From: Camelus ferus
Taxonomy: Eukaryota
DNA length: 64,000 nucleotides
Assembly (NCBI RefSeq): GCF_009834535.1
Contig: NC_045697.1
Location: 108,254,001-108,318,000, forward strand
Direction of reading: 5' to 3'
In this document: positions 38,085-51,122 of the stretch, piece after piece
Layout: each line of letters begins with the position of its first letter
Numbering within the stretch: position 1 is the first letter of the stretch
Position numbers and translations under genes: made by a program
Notes under the pieces: model-generated
Seen by the model: only the letters and a program-made list of their open reading frames with translations
Told to the model about the DNA's origin: nothing
Database searches by the model: none

Positions 38085-38410
38085 CATTTATCTGAAGAGA
38101 TGCTCAGCATGTATTAAGTGAAAAAATGTGGGTTATACAACTGCATTGAATGATATTAATTTTGACTAAGTAGAGACAGAAAAGAAAGAAAGAAAAGAAA
38201 AGAAGGAAGGAAGGAAGGGGAAAGAAATCATTTTAAAGACATATTTGCATATTCCCAAAAATGACTGGCAATTTTATATATCAAAAATCATGATAGTATG
38301 TGTTGAGGGTAGAACCATTTGTGATTTTAAAATTTCTTTTACTTAATTTTTCAGATTTTCTCTAATGAACAGGTATACCTTTAATGTTACTAAAAATGTT
38401 ATTTTAATTG
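38085..38410 (+). mobile_element. Ancient L1ME-type 3' end with a (GAAA/GGAA)n tract
   Basis: 'tattaagtgaaaaaatgtgggttatac...ttttctctaatgaacaggtatacc'. Confidence 0.45.
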
Positions 38411-41379
38411 ACATTAACTAGTCTCATATAATTTCTAAAAACTTTATCTTGTTGGTTTCTCAGAATATTAACATATACGTGGGCTGTTGACTTATTTTCT
38501 AACTACAGCTAGTTATGCTTTTGCTAAAAATGAGGCGAAGAATGGAACAGATGAAGTAAAGCACTTCAAGAATTCAGAAATATTTTCTTAGAATCTCATC
38601 TTCCATCCTCCAAGGTTATTTGTAATCCAGTTGAATCTACCGTGCTTCTATTATTAGTTATGACCCTTCACTCACTCATTAAGTGTTTTTTGAGCATCTA
38701 TGATGTGTGGTGAACTAGAGAGAAATGGTGGCTAGGCTGTCCGGGGTCTACTCAGCATGGATCATAAGTTCCATCCTGAAAAACAGCTTCCACTATTGCT
38801 GAAAGGTTGCTGGAGGGTGTGGAGAGAAATGCTCTGAGACCACGTGTGAGCTCAGGGGGAACCGAGCACCACAATCCATGAGGGGGCTCCGCCCTGGCAG
38901 TCAGAGGTTAAAATGGGGACAGGTGGGCTGGAGGTTGACCGTTCCTGGTTGATGTTCATGATCAGGGAAAGTAAGAAAGGCAGGAAATGAGCCAAAGGAG
39001 AAGCGCAAACAATCTGATTGATCAAGGGAAGAAATAATCCACCTTTGCTCAAGAGAGAGCCAGCTTTTGCCCTGTCCCAGCTCCCACCCCTAACGCTCCT
39101 GGTTTTCCATTTGTTCTTTGTATGCACTGCAATTCTACACAGGAAGCTGAGATCCAGGCCTGCCCTTCCCACCCCTTTCTCCCAGGTCCCCATCCCAAAA
39201 ATGGTGCCTTCAGAGGCAACGATTTTACCAGGACCTGGACCCATCTCGTCCCCTCTGGCATCCTCTCTGTAACTAGGACTGTACGGACGCCCACTGGAAT
39301 CTTGTTTCTTTTCCATTCAGGAAAGCAAAGATCAAGGTTAGGTACTCCATTCTGACAAAAATAAAATAAATTTGAAAACACCAGAGATATGTTGTTTGCT
39401 GGGCCCCACCTCGACAGCCACAACCACTGACAAATCTTTCTAATGTTTTGTCAGGTTCTGGATCCAATACCCTGCAGCCATGCAGAGATGCACATAGTGG
39501 TTATTTATGTGCTTGGCGACTTTATTTCTCCCATTCTGCTATGGTCATTTGTTTCCCCAGGAGCGGGATACACATGGTATTGGTTTTCATAAGGTGCCGC
39601 ACTGACATTTTTGTGCCTCGGGAGTGATGAGGGCTTGAGAGGCAGACCGAGCTCAAGGGTGCGCAGTTTAGGAACGCATCAGAGCTGAGGAATCTGGTTT
39701 CCTTTATCCATACCCTCTCCTTGCGTTGCTGAGGTTTTTGTTGTTGCTGTTGGCAAAGTCTAAGCATTGTGCTATTGTGTGTGTTTGTGCTTCCCGAAGT
39801 GGGGTCCCAGGAGTGCCCCATTTAGGAAGGAACTCCCCTCACCTCTGTGCTTGGCTTGTCTCAGCCCTTAAGCACTTAGGAGTCTGGGACGATGGAAAAT
39901 TAGCAAAGGAAAGCCCATAGGTAAATTAACTCAGTGACTTCAAGAATTCCTAGGGAAAGGGGCAAAAGCCATGGGGTTCAGAAGAATTCAGGCAGGCAAA
40001 ACCCCCCTCCAGTTTGGGACACACCCCATAGGATGGATTCTACTTCAGCTCGCTTCTTTAAAAAGCTGGGATGCCTGAGGAAAAGGGACATTTTTCTTTC
40101 ACGGAGTAAATAAATAGTGGAGGTTAGGTTTGGGTGACTTGTGTGAAATCCCCAGAAGTCTCAGGGCATTAAACAGCACAGTAGATTAAGTGACACCAAT
40201 TACCATTGTATTAACCGTGAGAGGATGATTAAAGCGTAAAGAGTCGCGATGAATCGCAGCGATCTACATGACTCAGTCGGCAAAAAGCAACCACGCCAGG
40301 AGCAGCTTTTGAAGCGGAGGGCGGTACCCCCTGCATGCCAAGTAGCCAGACATTTAGGTGATGATTCAGCCTGCTCCGGGAGCCCCGGTGCACGCAAGCC
40401 CCTCGACACAAAGATACATCATCCCTAAAAAGTAACGTGAAGGTGTCCTAATAACTTACGTTGGAATAGCTCTTTGCTGACACTCGCTATAGTAGTTTTC
40501 ATTAAAAAGTTGATGCATACTATTGCAAAGCATTTCCCCTCCCATGACAATTCATCATAAGGATAGAAAACTCACAACCAAGGAATATCACATTTATTAA
40601 TAAGCATTTATCATGTTCCCACAGCATGCAACTTGCTGAAGAAAATAAAGACAGAGAGGGGGATTGTACACCCAACGAAATTAAAATCTAAATAAAGGAA
40701 TATTGACCAAAGTTCTGGGCGAGCCTGGTTGGGCAGATACATAGATCAAGCGCTGGTTATGGAAAGTCCGGTGCCTTTCCACGTGGAGAAGGGGGACACA
40801 CCCGAATGTGCACCTTCGATTAATACTGATCGTGACCCTTCTTTTCTTCCCATCGCAGTCCTGCAGGAATAGAATTAGAAATGCAACCGCATATAGAATT
40901 CCTTTCCATGCAGGCAGTTATTTCTAGGATGGTCTCTGTCAGCCAGCCTGTCTTGGTGACATTTCCTACAGAAACTGTAAATGTCCCTTCCTGAATGGAG
41001 AATCATATTAGCCAGGTGAACAGAAACACTGTAGCATCATTGTGTTCTTTCCTTCTTACTTTGATTTCCTCAGTCCAACGCAGCTCCTCTCTCTCTGCCC
41101 AGTTCCGCTGACCTACTTTGATCAAATGAAATCACATCCATATTTGAAGTGGCTTTTTCCCCCTGACCAGGCAAATTCTCTTCAAAGGAGTTGCTAGTCT
41201 GCAATGCAGTCTTTCCATATTTTTCATGCTGGAGCCCGTGGTCAGTGGATGATTTGGTCTAGGTGGACATACCCTCTGGGACATTTTTCCCATTCTGCCT
41301 GAATTTTCCCTGCACTGTCCCCGTGCCTCCTCAGAGGTCTCAGGTAGTCCTTCAGAAGGCAAATGGCTGGGTGTAGAGG

Positions 41380-41600
41380 ATACGGATTTTGAAGGCCAGT
41401 GGCTGTAGGCATCAGTCATATGTTCTGCTGCTTACCAGCTGTGTGGCCTTGGGCAAGTGACTTTACCTCTCTGAGTCTAGACCTTCTGTATGTAAAATAA
41501 GCACAATAATTCCTCCCTGAAAGAGCGGTTACGAGGGTTACATGAGATAATACATATCAAGTTTGGGACATGTAATTGATGACCAATGTCACTTACCAAT
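41380..41600 (+). mobile_element. MIR SINE
   Basis: 'cttaccagctgtgtggccttgggcaagtgactttacctctctgag'. Confidence 0.85.
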
Positions 41601-42668
41601 GTCGTGCTTCTGTGTTACCCCTGGGGACCCAGGACCTGGTTGTCTCATGTTCTCTTGGTTTCACTGCAATCAGTTTCTGGGATTCTCTTTACTTATTTGT
41701 GTATGTGTCTTTAAATTACGAATGCAACCACTTCAAGTAAATAAAAATAAGTGCACAAAAAGTAAGCATATCATATTTTTTTCTCCATTTCAAAATATCA
41801 GTATATTCCGTTTAGCTATATATTAGATAGGCTGAGATCCGAAGTGGGCTGAGAATTTAGTGACTGCAAGAGTTTTTTTTAAAACAGAAAGTAATTTGGT
41901 TACTGAGACTGGGCTGGAAAAAATGGCATTGTCCAATAGAGCAAAGAAAAGGATGTTTTTGATGCTGTATACATGGCCAGCCGGAGGGGATCAGAATGAT
42001 TTTTAACAGTGTTTGTCAAACTTCGGTGTATGTGCACATCACCCTGATGTTCCCAGTGGGGGCTGAACCATATCCTGCATTTTTGACAAACCCACGGCGT
42101 GATTCTGATGGAGGAGAACCACACTAACTCAGGAGCCCATGGGTACAAAAGGAGGCCAGCAACACAGCCCAGCTGCCAAAAATACTTCTGGTCTCCTTTT
42201 CTCACTTACCTCCTTTTCCTCCTCATTTTCCTTTCCTTTCTCTCTGTCTGTCTCTCAGTATGGCTCAGCTGGAAGAAATGGACATGTAACTGTTCCCCTC
42301 GTGTAAACAGAGGTGATGGAAGTTGAGAGCTACGAAGAGGTATTACACAGCAGCACTTGCTGAATGAGAAAACCCGTGGCAATCAAGGGATGCCTTTCCC
42401 GAAAAAAGTTAAAATCTGCAGTAGCAGAAAAGCTACAAAAGTGAACTATTTGGTGAAATCCTGAAATTTCTAGACTCCCAGTCAAATGTGGAGGGTGAGT
42501 ATCAAAGAGGAAGAAAAGATAAATAAACCCTAGTCCAACCCGAGGCCACAGAAAACAAGACTGGATTAAGCAGAATCCAGAAGTGTTAAAGATTAGTGAA
42601 GAGGTGCTGAATCTGCATGAGCTTTTCTACATCCCCCAAATGGTGCTTTCACACTTTTCAAAACTACG

Positions 42669-43049
42669 TGTATCGGTTAGCATAGGCTGGGTTATGCTGC
42701 AGTGACAAAGCAACCCCCATATTTCAGTGGCTTCAAACAACAAATTTTCATTTCTCACAGTTCTGGAGGCTGGGAAAGTTCAAGACCAAGGTGCTGACAT
42801 GCCCAGTGTCTGATGAAGGCCTTCTTCCTGGCTCATAGATGCTGTCTTATTGCTGTGTCCTCACATGGCCTAGAGCAGAGGGAAGGCTGCTTCCTCTTGT
42901 CTCTTCTCATAACAGCATCACTTCCGTCATGATGACTCCGCCTTCATGATCGAATTGTCTCCCATGGGTCCCATCTCCAAATATCATCACACTGAGGGTT
43001 AGGGATTCAATATAAATTTGGGGAGGATACAAGCATGCAGTCCACAACA
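42669..43049 (-). mobile_element. MLT1A-like MaLR LTR
   Basis: 'catttctcacagttctggaggctgggaaagttcaagaccaaggtgctg...ccatctccaaatatcatcacactgagggttaggg'. TG...CA ends. Confidence 0.85.
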
Positions 43050-43739
43050 CCACAGCAAAGGGAAAAGGCAGGGGCGGGGGTGATCTGGAGGGTCCTGCAT
43101 CGGGAATTAAATGCTCCAGACCAGAATCATTGGCCAGAATCAGTCTCACAGCTCTACCCGACCATCAGCAATTCAGGAAGTACAACTCTCCTTGGGAGCA
43201 GGGAGAACCAGAACATTCCATGGACAGCACTAATGACACCACACTATGGCAACTTTTTATTCCAATAAAATATTATGCAGGAGCCCACAGTGTGGGGCAC
43301 ACAACTGGAGCTGCTCTGATCATAGCAGGGTGGGGTGAGGTGGGCGTTTAACCCACCCAGTCCCCCAGCGAACCCTGGTGCATCTCTGAGCACTCAGGAC
43401 TCCTGAGGACAATTTGTGTCCTGAGGACACAACTCTAAAACAGGTAGGGCACTGCACGCCTTATTTAAATACTGTTCTCTATTTATTGGTGATTAATCGT
43501 TTCAATAAATGATTTGATTTTAATGGAAAAAGGATAATTAAATGGAAAAGTACCGCTCTGCGGTGAGCCTCGCTGCTTGAAAAAGGGTGGTTATAAACAA
43601 AGCATTCTTTTCTCCATATCATAAATGCAGACAAAATGCTTATGAAAAAAATTAAGCATCTCTAAAAATAGCCTCTGGACTTTATACTCAGCCCAGTTGG
43701 ATGAAGCATATGCAGAAGTGGGACTCGAAGAGTGTGTCC

Positions 43740-44092
43740 ATTTGGCAACATGGACAAACCTTGAGGAGATGATGCTGAGCGAGGTAAGGCAGACGTAAAA
43801 AGGCTAATACTGCATGATTCCACTTTTCGAGACATCTAGATTAATCAGATTCCTAGAAACTGAAAGTAGGATGATGGTTACCAGGGACTTGGGGGAGGGG
43901 AGAATAGAGAGTTGTTTAGTGGGTACAAAGTTTCAGTTTTACAAAATGAACCTGTTCTGGAGATCTGTTGCACAATATGTATATACTCGACACTACTGAA
44001 CTGTACACTTAAAAATGGTTAAGATGGTAAATTTTATATAATGTATACTTTAATCACAATTTTTAAAAACTAAAAAAAAAAAAAAAAAAAAA
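43740..44092 (+). mobile_element. L1MB/MA-like 3' end with poly(A)
   Basis: 'caacatggacaaaccttgagga...ctgaactgtacacttaaaaatggttaagatggtaaatttt' followed by an A-run. Confidence 0.85.
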
Positions 44093-44769
44093 GGTACCAG
44101 TAGCTCCAAACTCAGTCTTTTAAAAAGAAAAGGTTATTTTGTTGTTTTTGTATCTGATCATTAGCTAACACTTAAAACATTTTTCTTTCTCTTCTATATC
44201 TCTTCATTAAAATTCAGTTGAAAACTTAACCTCTTGACCATAACAATGAGAATTTTGCTAAAAGCCCAGTCTTTATTTGTTGGAATCTTCAGCCGCCACG
44301 CTAAGTCAAAATAACAGGTTGAACTCATACCCCCAGCTCTGTCGGGCAGAGACGTAGCGTACCCTGCTCTCCAGCTACCCAGGAATGCATCAGGCTTGCG
44401 CCCAGGGTCTATGCAGAAGCTGTATTTTCGAGCTTTTCTGGCCCAGATGGGAAGTAGATGCTGCCATTTCTAGAAGTTCTGCCTATTGATAGTCTGGCAT
44501 CTTAGTAATCAATTGATCTTGCTCTGGTAGAGGCTGGCACGCTCTGGAAATCCTCTGCCTGAAGACACAGTGGGCTGTGGCCAGTGCAGCATTGTGATTG
44601 GAGGGACCCTTCAGAGGGTACGGACAGAATGTCAGTCACTGTCATGAGGGGGAGCCCATGATGGGGTGAAGCACATGAGGGACCAGATGTGTGATCTCAG
44701 GCAGATTTCTTAACCTTCTGTTACCCCACCTGTAAAACAGGAATTAACCACAATCTAAGGATATATGAG

Positions 44770-45560
44770 AATTCATCCACTTATTCAAAAAATACCTGTT
44801 GAGCACCTTATTATGTGCCAGGCACTGTGCTAGTGGCTGGGACTATGCCAGGAAACAAACAGACCAAAATCCCCATTTTCATGGAGCTTAGATTCATTGT
44901 TGGGGAAGACTGACAATAAACAAATAAACAAATAAAGTATATGACATGTTAATAGTGGCAAGTGTGATGGAGATTGAAAAAAAAATGTGAGTATGAGTTT
45001 AAATAGGGTGGCCAGGGAAGCCCTTACTGGGAAAGTGATACTTGAATAAAGAAAGACTTGAGGTGGGGAGGGTATAGCTCAGTCGTAGAGTGCATGTTTA
45101 GCATGCACGAGGTCCCAGGTTCAATCCCCATTACCCCTGTTATAAATAAGTAAATAAATAAAAACATAATTACTTCCCCCCTCAAAATAAAATAAAAATT
45201 TTAAAAAAGAGAGACCTGAAGGAGGTGAGGGAGCAAGCCATGTGGCTACTTGGCAGAGAGGACAGCACATGCAAAGGTCCTGAGGCCAGTGTGGCTGGAT
45301 CAGAGCCAGGAGGGCTAAGTGACAGGAGATAGCTCAAGCAGTGACACGGGGTGTGGGGGCAGCTTAGGGTATTACTGTATAGAGACTTTGAATGAGAAGA
45401 GAGCAGTGAGGAATAACATAATCCTATATCTTAAAGGATCTCTCTGGTTGCTGGTTAAGAGTAGGCTCAAGGGGGCAAGGACAGAAGAAAGCAGACCTAT
45501 TAGGAAGATTTTCAATGGCTTGGGATGATGGTGGCTGTGGGGGTGGTAAGATTAAATTTA
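44770..45560 (-). mobile_element. L2 3' region (host of a SINE)
   Basis: 'ttgagcaccttattatgtgccaggcactgtgctag', 'acagcacatgcaaaggtcctgagg'. Confidence 0.8.
45065..45208 (+). mobile_element. Vic-1-type SINE (long form)
   Basis: 'ggggagggtatagctcagtcgtagagtgcatgtttagcatgcacgaggtcccaggttcaatcccc'. Degenerate TSD AAAGAAAGACTTGA / AAAGAGAGACCTGA. Confidence 0.9.
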
Positions 45561-46589
45561 GATGGCACCTATAAAGCACTCACCACTGTTTCTGGCACAT
45601 GGTAAGGGCCAATGGAAGGTGATGGTCTGGTTATTATTAGCAAAGAACACAGGGAAAAGTGTGAAATTAGGGGCAAAAAAGACACAATGTTCCATGTGCC
45701 AGACGCTATCTGGATAAGAAGCAGAGCCAGAAACCTGGGATAATGACGACAGGGCATCAGGGGTAATCACAGAGGCACTATTTTGGGACCAGGAAAAAAG
45801 ATTGTTCTGAGCTTCAAAGGCACCATGCGGGTGCTTCAGGGAGGGATCTGTGCCCGTGCCAAAGCCTCCAGAGAAGCAGAGAATTAAGGAAAGTCAAGGT
45901 CAGCTGGATTCAGGGACACACAGGAGACAACAGCGAGAGCATTTTGTTTGTATGTTTATATGCACCGAGATAGATAAAGGAGAGCCCTCCCTGGGAGGGT
46001 AGAAATGACGTAAGCACCTAACAGCCCAGCTGGACACTTTAATTTCTCTAAATCAGTATACAAAAAGGAGCAAACATAGAGCAAGTTGGGCCTTTCAGAC
46101 ACCGAAAGATCCCTCGCTCTTTCTGTTTGGGGTGGATACTGGGGCTTCTTTCCAGGGGCCGTGCTGGAAGGTGACCTCCATTCGAGAAAGTACATGGTTT
46201 CAGGGCAACATTTCCTTGAGGGTTTTGAGATCGTCCCGGGGCGACTGAGTAAGTCACATCCCTGAATGCACACTTCCATGTGGAGTGAAGGACAGCTGCC
46301 GACCGCTCCCAGGGCTCCCTGCTGCCTGGAGCTCTCTGCAACCAACAGCGTGGGAGATCCCTAGCGCAAAGCACGCAGACGCCCAAACAGGTAGACCTGG
46401 GCTTGGGGTGGGGGGGCACCACCGAGACGCCCTGTTGCAAAGTCCCTCCTTTGGAAAGAACATACTTTGTTTTCAATAAAGAGTTGATGTGCCTTCTGCC
46501 TCTGTGTTACATCAATCCCCACGTGAGTAGAAAATGGCTCTAGAACAAATGTTGAATGGCTCTTCCTGTGGTGATAAAACCACCTGCCT

Positions 46590-46760
46590 CTGGGCTGCCC
46601 GTGATGGGCACCACTAGCCACACGCAGCTACTGAGCCTTTGAAATGTGGCTGGTGAAACCAAGGAACTGGATGTGTAATCTTCTTTCCTTGTATCTAACA
46701 CAAATTTCCATTTAAAGCGGCACATGTGGCCGGGGATTACCATGTTGGATGACACAGCTC
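46590..46760. mobile_element. MER3/MER33-like hAT-Charlie MITE
   Basis: 'ccactagccacacgcagctactgagcctttgaaatgtggctggtg...ggcacatgtggcc'. Confidence 0.65.
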
Positions 46761-48695
46761 TGGAAGGTTTACCAACTTTCATCCCAAGTCCCTTCCTCTC
46801 GACTCAGTAAAGAATGTAAGCATCTCTGGAATTGGGTCTTAGTCTTAGTCGTTTCAGGAGCGTGGGACAAGAGTGCCACGTGGTCACATGAAGACTGCAG
46901 CAGCCCCGCCCAACCCGGAGGCGTTTACCTGCAGCCCTGGGATCAGGACAGACCCTGGCATCTCTGGGAGCCTCCGTTCCTTCACTCTCTTCATTGAAAG
47001 TTGTGAGAATCAAACTCCTCTAAAAATTGAAGCTTTTTTTTTCCCCCCAAAGGGATTGTACTGTTTTTTAAAACTTTTTCAGGGTCTCCGAGCTCCTACA
47101 CAAATGGGAAACTGGTTAATGGAAAAGACATGTAGAATATTTGGTATTCTTCATTGATTTCTAAATTCATCCCATCCTAAGGCAAGAAGAACAAGTGGCC
47201 TTTTTGGGCCATATTCCTTCTACTTACAACATGAAACCTCCAGGCCAACCATAAGCCTTGTCCCTTGGCAGAAAAACAAACCGTGGCGAGCACTGAAAAT
47301 AGCAACCGCACGGCCAATTAAAGGATCCTGAGCGGAGTGTCGTGCTGTTGGCTACATAACTTTACAATCGCAGGAACGGAGAGATTTTACTTTATATCAG
47401 GGACCTTCGCTTTAAAGGGGAAGGTAAATAGTGGCTCTAAGAACCGCCTTTAAAGTGTAAAATTGTTAGTATTACTGAAGAGGGGCTGATACAGACACTA
47501 GTGAGAGTGAATACAAAGCTGGACTTTATCACCAAGGCTGGACATCGAAGCAGAAATGTACGTATAAAGCACCCATTCCGGGCCAGACATAGGAAGGTGC
47601 CTGCTTTGATGTATCATTTCTTATATGATCCTTTCAACAGCCCTATGCGATAGCTCTTCTTATTCCAAGAGTGGTTAAGCCCAAGGATACACAGATGGTA
47701 AGGACAGAGCTGGAATTCTAACCCAGGCAGCCCACACCCCAGAGCCCTGGTCCTCTGCACCCAACTGCAGACGATGGCTCGGAATAACATGGAAAAGTTT
47801 TTGTTTCTCTAAGTGAAGATCTGTATTCTACTTACTTCCCAAAGACTGGAGGCGGCATAGAGATTAAGGCACTGTGCAAGAGAAGGCATTTAAGGATAAC
47901 CCTCCTTCCGGCTGAAGAAAAGCAAAAGAAATAGATGTTTTCAGACACCTGAGCTGAGCAGATTCTAACACTTGGGTATTGAACTTGGTTCTAGCTTTTC
48001 TGACAGCTAAGCCAAAAAAGAGAAGCATATTGGGTTGCATAGAGTTTTATTTCCTTGACAATATATAGCATACATAGTCATCTACCAAGGCAAAATGTTT
48101 TCCTGGAATTAAACTTAGGTAAGAATTCATCAAGTAGGTCCTTGGATAAAGGACATTGAATAACCCGGAGAAAGTTACTCTTGTCATCTATAAACCGAAG
48201 GGGCTGCATTAAAGTCATCTTCCAGTGCAGCGAGCGTATGAAACGGTGCTCACTGAACTTCTGCAGAAGAGTTAGATCACCGCTCAATAGAGCCCCTCTT
48301 TCACTGACCCTCTCTGAAAACGGAAGGCAAGAGATTAAAGCACAGCTTAGTGAAGGAGCTTCTCCAAGGAGCGGAGGGAACATCGGCTGGGACTTTGCTC
48401 TGTGGGGTCCTGCAATGCAGGGAGAGACTCAGAGAGCATCAGTGATGAAGGGGCACCGTGGCCACCCGCGACTACGTGCTCACAGGAATAGTAAGTGGGA
48501 AATGCCGGCAAGGGATCACCTTTGGGCAGTAGGCACATACACCTGGACTCAAAATGAGATATGCAAATGTATATTAAATATTGATTGCCTTCATTTAAAA
48601 TAATTGAACAAGACTCTGTTTCAAAGCTGGCTACTCTGGAGAATAAAAAGAATAGGAAGTATGGTTCCCCCTTTCAGGAAGCTTATAATCTAACG

Positions 48696-48897
48696 CAGTG
48701 TGTCTCAACATTGGCTGGATGATCCTGTATCGTGGGGGGCTGCCCCATGTGTGGTGGGATGTTTATGGCAGTGCCCCTGGCCTCTACCCCCAGATGCCAG
48801 TAGCACCCTTCTAGGGTGACAACCAAGAAAGTCTTCAGACTTTGCCAAATACACCTGGGGTAGAGATGGGGAATGAGCCCCGGGTTGAGAACCACTG
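48696..48897. mobile_element. MER20 hAT-Charlie MITE (inside L2)
   Basis: TIRs CAGTGTGTCTCAAC ... GTTGAGAACCACTG. Internal 'ctggcctctacccccagatgccagtagcacc'. Confidence 0.85.
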
Positions 48898-49133
48898 TAA
48901 GAGAAAGGGGAAAAAAATCATCCACGAAATAGGAAATCATTCTAGTGCAATGAAGATAAATGGTTACAAGGATCCAAATGCAAGAAAGCTCTCTCCCAGT
49001 GAGAATAGCAGAGATTGAAGGAAACGGAGGAGGCATGTAAGATGACCCCGATGGATTCGATGAGATTCTTCCTGGTGGTGAAGAGAGACGGCATCACTGG
49101 AAGAGAGAATAGACTAAGAAAAGTCGTGGAGCA

Positions 49134-49233
49134 GGGGTGGAGGTATAGCTCAGTGGTAGAGTGTGTGCTTAGCATGCACAAGGTCCTGGGTTCAATCCCC
49201 AGTACCTCCATTAAAAAAAGAAAAGAAAAGAAA
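49134..49233 (+). mobile_element. Vic-1-type SINE (short form); 49139-49210 folds as a full tRNA-Ala(AGC)-like cloverleaf
   Basis: GGAGGTA-TA-GCTC-AGTGGTA-GAGT-G-TGTGC-TTAGCAT-GCACA-AGGTC-CTGGG-TTCAATC-CCCAG-TACCTCC-A, then an A-rich tail with no adjacent oligo-T terminator. Confidence 0.85.
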
Positions 49234-50307
49234 GACCACAGTTGGGAGAATCATCTCCGTTGAGCATACACTGTATACATATGAAGGAGAGAGCAAGATG
49301 AGGCTAAACACTTGAGGGCAGAGAGGAGAGGCTTTAATATATCACACAACAGATTTGGGGACTGATTCAGTGGTCCAGGGGGAGATTTGAAAGTTCTGAG
49401 GAGAGAGGAGACTCGTCCATCTTGCCTGAAGGAAATAACAGATGGCTGTGTGAAGGCTGGGGAAGAGGGAGAGAGATGAAAAATGGGAAGACAAGGAAGG
49501 ATGCAACAGTGCAGACGAGAGCACAAAAGTGCAAAATCAATGGAACGCAGGAAATGTGACATGGCAGGGAGAAGGGGGGTCAGGGGGTCCAAGACGTCTG
49601 CGGGAGTGAGCTTTCCATCAGACTCCCGCAAACACCCCTCCAAAGGACTTGATCATGACCCCAACCCCACAATTGCCGCACGTAGAGTGGGTTCTCCCAT
49701 GGGATCCTCTAAGCCAAGAGGGATGAGCGGTCCCTGGAGACACAGAGATGGTCTATGTTGGAGACCACAGGTGACAGCTGTGTCCAGAGCTTGGCTGTTG
49801 CCACGTGTCCACTGGCCTGGCCTCATTTCTGCTCTGTCCTTGTCCTAGTTCATCAGATTGACCCAGCCTTCTTTCCTTCCCAGGAGCTCCAAAGCTCAGC
49901 TGTGCCTTGGATTGTTTGGCTGAGAGAGTGCACAGAAACCCCTTCCCTCCAGTGCAATTTTGAACTTCAGCACAGAAGACGTTTTACAGTCTCCTCGTGC
50001 CTTCCTGTCTCCAACACTGCTCTGCTGGGCTGAATAAATATTGACTTGCCCACAAAGCCTAAGGCATTTTATTTATACGCCCTTCTGCTCTGAGAGCTGT
50101 GCCGGATGCCCAGCTTCAGACAGCACAGTGTGTGTATGGGGGTGCGGGTTACCGGGGTCACCACTGCCGGGCAACCAGTGGCCACCACTGTTGGGACAGG
50201 GACTGCTTTTTCTGGGGTGCAGAACGCAGCAGCCACCCCAGAAAAGGGCGAGGGTTGAGCAGGCACTGATGGGGTGGCTGTGACTGTGGTTTAGGAATGG
50301 TTATTTT

Positions 50308-50830
50308 GTATCAGCGGGAATGCCTTTGGTTGCAACAGCAGAAAACCCAGCGACTACTAGCAGCATAAGCAACCGAAACACTTAGTCATTCCCATGCAAA
50401 AGGAGAATCCGGGACTGTGGAGTGCCATGGGGAATCTCTAATTCTTGGCTTTGCTGCCCTTAGCTGTTTGCTTTTCATTCTTAATAGTGTTGCCTCCTGG
50501 TCCCAAAATGGCTGCTGGAGCTCCAAGCAAGAAGGGACAGGATAGGGTGGTAACTTGCCCCTCACGGAAGGGAAACCCCCTTAGATTTCCCTTTCTGTCT
50601 CATTTCTTTCTGTCTTTCTGTGTCGTTGGCTAGAACCAAGTCACATGCTCAATCATCGGCAAAGGGGAGAGAGACAACCGTGGTTGGCTTAGACCAATCA
50701 TGATTCATTCCCTGGGCTTGGGGAGTGAGTCTACTTTGCCCAGAACCAAGAGACCTGACCTAAATCCTAGGACTCATCGACAGGAAAGAAGCAAGAAGAT
50801 GGCTGTGGGTAGCACTGTGTAGGGTGCCAC
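50308..50830 (-). mobile_element. Old MaLR LTR (MLT1K/L-like)
   Basis: 'tgtatcagcgggaatgcctttggttgcaacagcagaaaaccc', 'tcccaaaatggctgctggagctcca', 'ttggctagaaccaagtcacatg', 'ttggcttagaccaatcatgattca'. Confidence 0.6.
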
Positions 50831-51122
50831 CAGCTGCCCTCAGAAGAGGCATGTCTAGGCAAAGAGAAAGTTGCAGACTGTCATCATTTTTTTCAGCAGA
50901 GAGTACCCATTCCCTGGAGAGTGACCACCTGGACGCAGTCTTCCTTCTCTGTCATGAAGGGTGAGCCAGGTCTTCTTAGGGGGCTCGGTGGTCAGAGGTT
51001 ACTCACCCCTCCCTCTACAGACCTGCAGCCAGGCATCATCGGCAGGTGGAGCAGTTGCTTGGAGTCAGTAGGACCAGCATCTGAGCTTGGACTCTGTTAC
51101 CTTCTCAGCTGAGCGACCACAG

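Noticed and set aside
46250..46510. CpG-containing stretch ending in AATAAA (possible terminal exon or LTR)
   Set aside because: No LTR termini, TSD, poly(A) or recognisable homology to support either reading.
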